DNA of 64,000 nucleotides from Octopus sinensis (lineage: Eukaryota). The notes below the pieces were generated by a model that had not been told where the DNA came from, did not search any database, and saw nothing but the letters and a program-made list of their open reading frames with translations. The translations under genes were made by a program, and so were the position numbers. This document shows positions 38,877 through 50,343 of this stretch, piece by piece. Every line of letters begins with the position of its first letter. Position 1 is the first letter of the stretch. The DNA lies in assembly GCF_006345805.1 (NCBI RefSeq), contig NC_042998.1, positions 175,832,001 to 175,896,000 on the forward strand, given 5' to 3'.

Positions 38877-39368
38877 GCTTAAATTCATTATTTTAAACTC
38901 TGAAGCTTGCATTTAAAAAGTGACCAATCCACCCTCCCCTTTTTCAATTCTGTACAATCTTAGTTATGGTTGTAATGCACAACTTCCAGTTGTTCATTTA
39001 AAACTTTCATTGCACAACCTAAATATATTGCTTCCTAACATTAGTACAATGCCATACATTCTGGAGAAGGTATAGCTGATTAAATTTACTCCAGTAATTT
39101 ATTCCATTGACCTGAAAAGGACAAAAGGCACTGCTGTTCTCAGAAGGAATTGAAGTGAAGTCATTACAGGATGTAATGAAATATCACAATGGATGTGTCT
39201 AATGCTCTTACAGTTCTTGTAAATTTATTGCCTTTGCAGAAGCTAAATATATTAGTAATACAGATATGTAGTTATTTTGTGATGTGGTTGGATACATTGT
39301 CTATCCCAAATGACTTTTGTTTAGAAAAGATGTTGATAGGCACTGTGGAAACTTGTGAAAAATATAAA

Positions 39369-39763
39369 TCTCTCTATATATATAAAGCTGAAGTTGTCTG
39401 TGTATGGCAGGTTTGGTAGCCTTCAACTAACACTATCTCCTCCAAGACCCTGCAGCGCAAGTTGACCAAAACTGAGAGTATGATAGAAGAAGGCTTGCTC
39501 TTCCTTCCATAGAAGAAAACAATTCAAATCGGACCATGTTAACAACAAAAATTATTTACATCAAAAAGGTGCTTTTTTCCTATGAAAATCCCTATTTTTT
39601 ACGATTTTTTTACTGCTATGTCACCATTTTTCAGTGTATTTCAACCAGAAAAATGTTCACTTAAAGAGAATAACAAGCTACATAATGCTAAATTTTTACT
39701 TTTCAAAAATTCCAATTCTAAAGGGTTGAAACAAACCCAAGCAACGCTGAGTGATACTGCTAG
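39369..39763 (+). mobile_element. Complete non-autonomous Helitron
   Basis: A|TCTCTCTATATA ... CCCAAGCAACGCTGAG TGATACTGCTAG|T. Confidence 0.82.
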
Positions 39764-40249
39764 TCATAAATACAAATAAATGAATAAATATATGTATGTA
39801 TGCACGCATATGAATATATGTGCGTATATATTATTTATCGTTACATTTTAGCTTTTACTTGTTTCAGTCATTGGACTGTGGCCATGCTGGGACACCACCC
39901 TGATTGGTTTTAGCTGAATTAATCAACTTCAGTATTAATTGTATTAGACCCTTTTACTGAACTGCTAAATTACAGGGACATAAACAAACCAACACTAGTT
40001 GTCAAGCAGCTGTGGGAGCAAACACACACAAATACACATGCACCTCCACCACAGACGCACACACATGATAGATTTCTTTCAATTTCCATGTACCAAATCC
40101 ACCCACAAGGTTTTGGCTGACTTGAGGCTTTAGCAAAGACGCCCAAAGTGCTGTGCAGTGGGACTGAACCCAAGGCCACATGGTTGGAAAGTAAGCTTCT
40201 TAACCACACAGCCATGCCACATCCACCCACACACACACATACATCTATC

Positions 40250-40560
40250 AGATTCCTTTTTAAAATAAATATGAACTGCAAAACGCAAAACCTCATATAC
40301 TGCATTACCTGCCCAAACTGCAAAGAAAATTACATTGGCAAAGCAAATAATTCCCTCTGCCAACGTGCAAGAATCTACAGGCAACATATCCGACAAGAAG
40401 AATTGCGCAAGATTCCATAAAGTAAGCATCTGGAAATATGCGGTGATGGAAAATTCAAAATTTTTCCCTTTTACAAATGTGCATGGGACGATTTGCAATA
40501 CCAAAAAGCAATGGAGCTACATTTCATCAAAAAATTCTCTCCAAAATTGAATGCTTGAAA
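40250..40560 (+). mobile_element. Penelope-like element GIY-YIG endonuclease fragment (pseudo)
   Basis: MNCKTQNLIYCITCPNCKENYIGKA..LCQRARIYRQHI..IP*SKHLEICG..MELHFIKKFSPKLN: IY/CxxC/YIG, R, H, E and N motifs; one in-frame stop. Confidence 0.85.
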
Positions 40561-40884
40561 GAAAAGCAGAGACAGTACGTTTTGTAAGTGTTATACTAAT
40601 GTTCTCTAATGCAAAATCATGAATTGAAAGAGGCGTGATCGAAGTTACACAGTATAAACATGGACATATTCTCAACCACACATACACACACAAAATCATG
40701 CACACATACACACACACACTTCATCAAGGAATCTTCCCTAAAATTGAATGCTTGAAGGTAAAGTGGAGAATTTGAATACTTTATTCCAAATGTAGCTCAT
40801 CTCTAAAAATGTTCAGATACATATATGTGTAGCATTGGGATGTTCTAGCTTTACATATATATATAAACGTGTGTGTGTATATAT

Positions 40885-41660
40885 ATATGGATGAATGGAT
40901 GGACAGATGGCCAGATGGATGGATGGATGGATGGATGGATGGACAGAGGGATAGATGGATAGACACACGGATGGATGGATGGATGGATGGGTAGAGGGAA
41001 AGAGAGAGAGAGAGAAGGGGGATCCACCTTCCTATTCACCATTCATTCATTTATTTAATTATTTTGCCTTTACCATTATATTGGAATGGGTTTAATGATG
41101 GTGACCACTTAAAAAAAAGAAAGGAAGGAAAAACAGGTGATGATGATGATGATGATATATATATATATATTCATTTTATTTTATTTGTTAATTTGCAAAT
41201 ATCATACTAATGTTTTTTCCTTTAGAACTACACTGTATCAAAAAATTCCCTCCAAAAATTAAGGTTTGGAAGGGGTATATTCTAAATATAACTCAAAGAG
41301 GAGAAAAAGAGTGGAGGAAAAAGGAAAAAAATGAAAGAAGAAAGGGGAAAAGGAAAAAGAAAGAAGAGAGATAGAAAGAAAGCAAAAAGACTTTCAGTGA
41401 TGACCAAACCACACCTGTTTTTCCTTTCTTTCTTTTTTTTTTTAAGTGGTCACCATCCTTAAACCCATTCCAATATAATGGTAAGGGGAAAATAATTAAA
41501 TAAATGAATGAATGGTGAATAGGAAGGTGGATACCTTTTCTCTCTCTCTTTCCTTCTACCCATTCATCCATCTATCCCTCTGTCCATCAATCCATCAATC
41601 TGGCCATCTGTCCATCCATTCATCCATCCGGCCATCTATCCATCCATCCATCCATCAGCC
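40885..41660. repeat. Long inverted repeat (arms ~40885-41140 and ~41410-41660)
   Basis: Arms are reverse complements, including unique sequence (CCACCTTCCTATTCACCATTCATTC..GGTGACCACTT) and (GGAT)n. Confidence 0.85.
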
Positions 41661-41907
41661 TATCTACCTACCTATATTTCTATCTATTCATCTCCATTGT
41701 CTTGGAACCTCACCCCCAAAAAACAAACAATGTTCTCTTCTAAACAATCCCCCCTCAAAAAAACGTCTGTTTTATATAAATGAACAAGCTGTTTGTACAT
41801 TCACAAAATTGTATTTTACAAGTTCTAGAGAGGAACGAAAGTGCTAATAATAATGAAGAAATAAAAGGATATTTTCTCAAAGTTCTGACTTTTTTTTCAA
41901 TACATAC

Positions 41908-41938
<31 letters not shown>

Positions 41939-42515
41939 TCATCATCATCATCATCGTTTAACGTCCGCTTTCCATGCTAGCATGGGTTGGACGGTTCAAC
42001 TGGGGTCTGGGAAGCCTGAAGGCTGCACCAGGCTCAGTCAGATCTGGCAGTGTTTCTACAGCTGGATGCCCTTCCTAACACCAACCACTCCGTGAGTGTA
42101 GTGGGTGCTTTTTATGTGCCAATGACACAGGTGCCAGACGAGGCTGGTGAACGGCCACGCTTGGATGGTGCCAGGCGAGGCTGATAATGGCCACGATCGG
42201 ATGGTGTTTGTTACGTGCCACCGGCACAGAGGCCAGTCGATGCAGTGCTGGCTACGGCCACGTTCGGATGGTTCTCTTACATGCCACCGGCACTGGTATC
42301 ACAACTACAAATTCCACTGATGTTGATTGATTTCGATTTTGATTTTCACTTGCCTCAGCAGGTCTTCACAAGTAGAGTTTTGTGTCCCAAGAAGGAAGGT
42401 ATGCACAAGTGGACTGACTACATCCCAGGTAGAGGCCACGGGTTATGGCCTCACTTGTCCTGCCGGGTCTTCTCACGCACCGCATACTTCCAAAGGTCAC
42501 GGTCGCTGGTCATTT
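41939..42515 (-). mobile_element. RTE LINE 3' end (subfamily like 10057-10570)
   Basis: (GAT)n tail, subrepeats, ORF terminus EMTSDRDLWKYAVREKTRQDK. Confidence 0.85.
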
Positions 42516-42563
<48 letters not shown>

Positions 42564-42815
42564 ACTTTTGTATGTATATGCATGTGAGTGTCTGTGTTTG
42601 TCTCACTACTTCACAACTGTTGACAACAGGTATTGGTTTATTTACATTCCTGAAACTTAGTAGATCAGCAAAAAGAGGCTCATAATTTAAGTACCAGACT
42701 TCTACAAATGATGTAAGAACTGGGGTTGATTTGATCATCTAAACCTTTGAAGGCAGTGCTCCAGCATGGCTGTAGTCCAATGAGTGAAACAAGTAAAAGA
42801 ATATAAAAGATATAC

Positions 42816-42889
42816 CTTCAGTTCCAAATCTTTGTAAATCTGTGGCCGTAACAAACTCAGCAGATATGAAGCTCTGGAAAACTTGAATC
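42816..42889 (-). CDS. PYROXD2: PYROXD2-like exon 4
   Basis: [24 protein letters not shown]; 74 nt, AG/GT. Confidence 0.95.
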
Positions 42890-43285
42890 CTAGAATGATT
42901 AGTAAGAGTAGCATGAATTACATGGCTAGTTTGGCATCAAATGTACATGGGGTTACATAAAAGGACATTGAATTATATAATAATTGCTTGCTTTGATTAG
43001 AAACATTTTTATTTTTGTAAGCAGGAAGTTATATCATCTGCCGACTTGATTTCATTAGATTAAGTAGGAATGACACAAAATAAACTCCAGTACAATAGAA
43101 TTTAGAACAACGGTGAGACAACAAACAAGGTATGTAGTAGTAGTAGTAGTAGTAGTAGTAGTTGTAGTAGTAGTTGCAGTTGTTGTTGTTATAGTTGCAG
43201 CAGCAGTGGTATTTGTTTTGGTCTTCTGCACTCTGAGTTCCATCCCTGCCAAGGGTCAATAAATAAAGTCCAGTACTGGGACTGA

Positions 43286-43690
43286 TTATACTATTCTATA
43301 TTTTTGAGATGATGAATTATGTACATTATTATTTACAATGGACTGATAGGTGTCCTCATCTTGTTTGTTGTCATCACAACATTTCGGCTGATGTATTCTC
43401 CAGCCTTCATCAGGTGTTCTGGAGGAATTTCGAACCCAACCCTTTAGTTGTCTACTGGGGTACACTGTTTTCATTCTTAAGGTATATTGCTGATGTTATT
43501 TTTCTGTTGATATTATTTTTCAAGGCCCCTACTTGGGATTGAACTTAGAATCCATTAGTCAAATAAAAGGTTGGGTTTGAAATTCTACTAGAACACCTGA
43601 TGAAGACTGGAGAGTACATCAGCTGAAACGTAGTGATAACAACAAACAAGATGAGGACACCTATCTGTCCAGCGCAAATAATGTGGGATT
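43286..43690. mobile_element. Second inverted pair of family B hammerhead-bearing repeats
   Basis: Minus motif 43373-43418 and plus motif 43592-43637 (AACAC CTGATGA A GACTG-GAGAGTACAT-CAGCT GAAAC GTA GTG). Confidence 0.72.
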
Positions 43691-44184
43691 GATTATTATT
43701 ATTATTATCATTATGCACTCTATTAAGTTTAAAATGCTCAAGACAAGCTTATATCAAGACAACACCCCTGTAATTCCATCAGGAGTTGAAGGACCAGGAA
43801 GGATCAAGTATGTGACTTTTTGGGAAGGAGAAATAAGATGTGATGTTTATACCTTTCCCAAAGACCCAAAATTCATTTCAAGAAAATGAATCTAACAGGT
43901 TACAAATGTGACTCCCTGAGATTTCCATGTTGTTAATTGACCAGACATTGCTATTGAAAGTTATCTATTAATAAATCAATATATCTAAGTGAAGGCTATA
44001 GTAAAATGGTCATGTTATTGTAATTGTATAGATGCCAGGTGAGCTCAGTGCTATAGAGCTGACCTACGATCAAAACTGTTCTGACCATGACCATCACGTC
44101 CCTTTTCTGTACATCCAGAACTACATTGTCCAGTATATTATTATTTTCTAAAGACAGTACAATATGATATGAAAGATTTAGTTG

Positions 44185-44551
44185 TTTGCCGGTGGCATAT
44201 AAAAAGCACCTTTTGAGTGTTGGGCCTCATGGAAGCAATGACAAATGACTGAGACCTTTGGCAATATGTTGTGCTTGAGAAGTAGACCCATCAAGCCAAG
44301 TGAAATCATAGTCACAGCAGATACTAGTGTCACACAACTGGCACCCATGCTGGTAGCACATAAAAACATCCATTACACTCTCAGTGTAGTTGGCATTAAG
44401 AAGGACATCCAGCCATAGAAACCATACCAAATCAAACTGGTGTCTGGTGCAGACCCTCAGCTTACCACTTGTGGTCAAACTGTCCAACCCATGCCAGCAT
44501 GGACAACAGATATTAAACGATGATGATTATGATGATGATGATGATGATGAT
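44185..44551 (+). mobile_element. Diverged RTE-type 3' end
   Basis: CCAACCCATGCCAGCATGG..TTAAACGATGAT tail. Confidence 0.7.
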
Positions 44552-45638
44552 AACATAGATGCTCTGATAAAAAGGTACTAATTTTTCTGTGAAAATAACC
44601 TGACATAAACTTGAGTTATATCCAGGAGGTGACTATCTCTCGTTTATTTAACAAACAATTAGGGACAATTAAACTGAACCCCGCAGTAACTTTCTGTTGC
44701 AGTCTTTAACATGAAAGGACTTTTGAGCACTTCAATTCAGTATAAGTTAATGAAATAGTCATCAATTATACAAGCAATCTTTAGAAAGGTCCCCACTTCG
44801 ATTGAACTTAAGGTATGAGTAATTAGGTATGAGAATGGGTACTGAAGAGGATTGTACATATTATTATTATTTGTACATTATTTTGTGAGTGTTGTATATC
44901 TAAATGAGATTAAGTAGTGTACTAAAATATTGAAATAGACAGAAACACTCAAGGAATGTATAATCACTAAACCTTTAAAATACCGTGTGGCTTTGGATAG
45001 GCAGAATTAGTTGCAGGTGAGTGCAGATGGTACATACATGTCTGCTTTTTTTTTTCTCTTGTTGTATGTGATACTGAAATGATATTACCCAGGCAAGTGT
45101 AACTAACTTTAACATTATGCACATTATAAAGCATGTATTATTTATGTAACCTCATCATCATCATCGTTTAACGTCCGTTTTCCGTGCTAGCACACTATAT
45201 AGTAGCAAAACATAGCAAATTTAGCTATTTCTCTGCAGATTGAAAAAAACTGTGAACTGCTGTAATCAATTTTTGAACTTTATTGGGTTCTCATTAGGAG
45301 TTTCTACATCAATTTGATCAATCCCAGAGAAACAAGCAGCCAATCTGTTTGTATACTCATCGAATCCAGTAGCTATAGAAAGCTGTAGCAATTAATTTCC
45401 ATACTATAAGTGTTTAGCATTTTATTTAATATCAGGGGCCTGTCAGTTATGTACATATATACATCCCTGCATGGAAAATTGCTTGGAAACAGCTGAGAGT
45501 TGGTGACAGGCAAGGTGACTAGATGTAGAAAACCTGCCACAATGAATTCTCATGTATGCCTGGAAAAGGTGGACATTAAAACAATGATGATGATGATGAA
45601 CATGAGTTACTTAAGGTTTAATTACATGCAACACTTAC

Positions 45639-45732
45639 CTGGTATTATTTCCTCTGTTACAGCTGCTCCACCAATTACATGACGTTTCTCCAAGACACAA
45701 ACCTTCAAGCCAGCTTTCTGCAGGTAGGCAGC
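45639..45732 (-). CDS. PYROXD2: PYROXD2-like exon 3
   Basis: [31 protein letters not shown](G); AG/GT boundaries, 94 nt. Confidence 0.95.
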
Positions 45733-46429
45733 CTGTGAAAGGAAAAGTTGTTAATAATATATGTTGACTGCTCAAATATGTGGATCATTTGAAGACTTAA
45801 TTGTTTACTTTAATAAATTGAAAGATTTACTTCTTAAATTCACCATCACTGCCACAAGTATCACAAGTAAGCCAAAGACGAATGAAGGCCTCTACATAAT
45901 TGCTTACCCTACTAGAAATAGCAGCCAAATCTTCCCACTGTCTTAAAATGGAAGTATGTTAACCGTAGTTGAAACAGTTTTGGAATTAAGCTTTTCTAGA
46001 TCATGGCTGACCCAAGACTAAAAAAAAAAAAAATCATTATCTCAATAACTGCTATCACCTCCCAGAAATAAAGGGATGAGCCATTGAACAAAGATCAATG
46101 TAGAGTTACTTGAATCAGATTATTGAAACAATCAAGTCTTTCCCATCAGACTGTTGGATTCAAGATGTGTGTAAGAGAATAGATTGCATTGAGGTGGACC
46201 ATATGCTTAAGCATTGCAGGTGTTATTGCATTTGACCACATCTTTGCATTCTTCTAACTTCTTGGTATCAAAATCATTCTTTTTTCTGTCCCTACTCTCA
46301 CATCCCTGAGAGAAAAGGGAGAAGAGAGACAAGAGGAAGAAAAAAGACAGGGTGACTGAGAGATCTAATCTAAATTAAAGAGGGGAGAATTAAAACGTTG
46401 TAAAGCAAAAAAATTGAACTTCAACTTAC

Positions 46430-46449
46430 AGTGATCAATCCATTGTGTC
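46430..46449 (-). CDS. PYROXD2: PYROXD2-like exon 2 (20-nt microexon)
   Basis: tttcag|GACACAATGGATTGATCACT|gtaagt = (G)HNGLIT, completing GAGHNG (GxGxxG). Confidence 0.92.
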
Positions 46450-48678
46450 CTGAAACACAGAAAGAGAGAGGAAGATGAATCAAAGAATAACAAAGAGAAT
46501 GAAAGTCATAGAATAATTAACACAAATGAATCACAGAATAAGTAACTAAAATGAAGAGAGGTTTAAAATAATCTATTGTGAAACATACTTCAGAAATTTC
46601 CTTGCATTCAATACTCTTACTCTTTACTCTTTTACTTGTTTCAGTCATGTGACTGTGGCCATGCTGGAGCACCGTCTTTAGTCTAGTAAATCGACCCCAG
46701 GACTTATTCTTTGTAAGCCTAGTACCTATTCTATCAGTCTCTTTTGACGAACTGCTAAGTTACGGGGATGTAAACATACCAGCATCAGTTGTCATGCGAT
46801 AGTGGGGGTGAGGGGGACAAACACAGACACACAAACATATACACACACATACATATATACGATGGGCTTCTTTCAGTTTCCGTCTACCAAATCCACTCAC
46901 AAGGCTAAACTGTTACCACACAGGACAAAATGCTTAGTAGCATTTTGCCTGTCTTCATGTACTGAGTTCAAATCTCACCAAGGTTGACTTTGCCTTTATT
47001 GCTTTCAGGGTTAATAAAATAAGTACTAGTTGAGCACTACAGTTAATGTAATCAATTACCCCAACCATTCAAAATTACTGGCCTTGTGCCAAAATTAGAA
47101 AGAAATTATTATTATTGTTGTTGCTAGTTTTCCATAGGCATAGGAGTGGCTGTGTAGTAAGTAGCTTGCTTACGAACCACATGGTTCTGGGTTCAGTCCG
47201 TGGCACCTTCAGTAAGTGTCTTCTACTTATTGCTTTCAGGGTTAATAAAATAAGTACTAGTTGAGTGGATTTAATAAAATAAGTACTAGTTGAGTGGATT
47301 TAGTAGACGGAAACTGAAAGAAGCCCATCGTATATATGTATATATATACATGTGTGTGTATATGTTTGTGTGTCTGTGTTTGCCCTCCCCCCAACATCCC
47401 ATGACAACTGATGCTGGAATGAACCCTTGCGAAAATTTTGTCGATCTGATAACAAATGTTCATACGTTTTAAGAGTATAATGGGGGTACCAAAAACGGGT
47501 AGTGTGTTATATCTATTTAATTTGTTAACAAAAATTATTTACGTTGTTTAGGAAAAAAAAATTTATTTGTTTAAAAAAATGATTTACTTTGTGTTAAAAA
47601 AATTATTTATTTTCTGTTTTCTCTACTTTGCTATGTAGTCGTTGTAGGATCGACTAGCCACGACTAGCTAGCGCGGATGCGCGAGTACGCGAGTGCGCGC
47701 ACCGAGACCGCTCTTCTTATTATCGTTATAACTGTTGACTCCGACATTTCATATTATTGTTTTACCTAATCAATCTTACTCGTTACAATTGGTAACTATA
47801 CTAATTAAACCTAAACGTTACACACTCGTAAACAGACTTGTATATTTATTAAAAAAAAAAAACACTCTCTATAAATTTCTTAGTAACATGCAGAAGCATT
47901 TGTTATGGTAGTAGAAACTTCTGTTAAAAAATATAGAGCTTGTGCTTGAAAAATAAAACTCGTAAATCCAGGATCTCGTAAAGCGGGTCCTTGTAAAGTG
48001 AACTATTACTGTACTGCTAGGTATTTTTGCCCGGCGCGCTAACGATTCTGCCTGCTCGCTGCCTTAATAATAGTAATAGTAATTCTTTTTATTAAAAGCA
48101 CAAGGACTGAAATTGTTCTGGGAGGTAAGTAGTCGATTTCATTTACTCCAGTGTTTCACTGGTACTTAATTTATCGACCCCGAAAGGATGAAAGGTTAAG
48201 TCGAACGTGCAGATGAACGTGCAGAAAGGTTAAGTCTAACGTGCATTTTGCTCAGTGTGCTACCGATTCCGCCAGCGCGCAGCCTTATAATTATAATAAG
48301 AGGAAGGCCTTAATCGATTCCAATGACTCTAGTACTGCACTGGTACTTTATTTTATCGACCCCCCCCAAAAAAAAGGATGAAAAGCAGAGTTAGCATCGG
48401 GGAGATTAACTTTGCTTTTCACCCTTTCGAGATCGATGAAATAAAGTACCAGTGAAGTATTGGAGTCAATGGAATTGACGAAGACCCTTCCCTCTGACGA
48501 GGCATGTTGTAATGTTGATGCATTTCCCTTACTAATGGAATTACAAGTGAAGGGCTTTAACTTGTAAGCGAATTAGCAAAATATCTTCTTTAAAATAATG
48601 TTGACATTTAAAATCAAAGAAACATAAAGCACACATAAAATAATTTTAAAATTTTAAATCAGAAAAGATGAAGAAAAC

Positions 48679-48829
48679 CTGCTCCAATAATAACAGCATC
48701 ATATTTAAGTTGCAGTGCTTTGGGTTTACAGTAATATCTTGTCGGGTTTTTGAAGAGTTTGTGCTGAGCAAAAACTTGGTAATTAATTCTGGTCCAAGAA
48801 AAAGACAAAAATCTGGGGTTAAACATCAT
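48679..48829 (-). CDS. PYROXD2: PYROXD2-like exon 1 (start codon, putative mitochondrial presequence, start of Rossmann motif)
   Basis: Translates MMFNPRFLSFSWTRINYQVFAQHKLFKNPTRYYCKPKALQLKYDAVIIGA(G); 151 nt, phase-1 GT donor (GTTTTC). The start ATG is inferred. Confidence 0.85.
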
Positions 48830-50343
48830 TGCTTCAACACTTTTTTGCTGATGAGAAGTTATTAGGTAGTTATCGTTGTGCTAACAGCAAAGACCAGTCA
48901 GGTAATAAATTTATGTCAAGAGCTTAATTCTTATCTGAATAATTAGAGAAATCGCAAGTTATTCGAAACGAAGTTCAGTTTTTTTTTTTGTAAGATTATG
49001 TTTAGCTTTAATTTAATGACATACATGTATTCTAGTGATGTTTAACGTGTATCAAATTTCAATTGCTGCTGCTGCTGTGTAACCTACTTGTCCCGGTATC
49101 AGTATTGTCTTCTAATATTTAACAAGCAGCTGCGGTTTGGTAGAATCAGTAAAGTGGCGGGGTTAAAACGACATACGTTCTTTAGTTCTCTTTACGTACA
49201 GATTTATGATTCCACCAACATAAATTTTGCATTCCATCCTTTTAAGGGTATCAGTCAAAATACTGAGATTAATATGATTGACTATTCACCCAATCAATTT
49301 GTATCAGTGTACCACTGTTTGAAATCAATATTTATTAACAGCGTGCAAAGAAGCGGTCTTGATACAGGACATAACAACTTAGTGACCCAGCCTAATAGCA
49401 GTTGGGTGTTGTGTTTAGCAACAGGCGGAGAGCTGGCAGAAACGTTAGCACGCCGGGCGAAATGCCTACCGGTATTTCGTCTGCCGTTACGCTCTGAGTT
49501 CAAATTCCGCCGAGGTCGACATTGCCTTTCATCCTTTCGGGGTTGATTAAATAAGTACCAGTTAATCACTGGGATCGATATAATCGACTTAATCACTACA
49601 TCAGCTAGCTTTCGTTAAATAGAAACTCACTTTACCTATACTATGCATGTCCTTGCTAAATGTATATAAACTACAACTTTTCTTATTTATTTATCTTATG
49701 CTGTGCCTTATCTAAAGAACTACGTCCTTGATGAAAGTATGAATACTACAACCGCCAATAAATATTTATTTGACACTGTGTCTAGATAAAAGGTACGATA
49801 TAAGCTACAATAAAACTCTCTTCTCCACGCTCTGAAAAACAAAGAGTAACTTACAATCTGTAAATATAAAATATTATATTTACAAAAGAAAGATCGGATA
49901 ATGGGGTGTTCATACAAGGCCATCTTATAGGCGCCCGTGAAAATCAATGCATTGAGCCCTGTAATATTTGTCCCCGGCCAGCGAATTTTTTCCCCACGAG
50001 AGTTCCGGACCCCAGTTATGAACTCATTTGCATACAGCCAATCAGAGCTTAACTATCAAACTAGTTTCCACCTAGTCACGAAGATACTCTGGTTGAATTC
50101 AGTGGAAAATGTGCGTTATAGCAAAATCTAACTGTTCACGGGTTAATAGGGGTGACAAATGTGAAATTTAGTGTATAAAGTGATGGTCCGTTTTGCCCCA
50201 GCACTGGGGCAAAAGATTTCAGGTTAGACCGTTTTGGCCCATTAGGCCAAATATCACGAAGTGTTATGGACTTATAAAGACCAGTTGCAGCTTAGATAGC
50301 AATTATTCCCTAATCCATTGGTTGCTTAGATAGCAATTATTCC

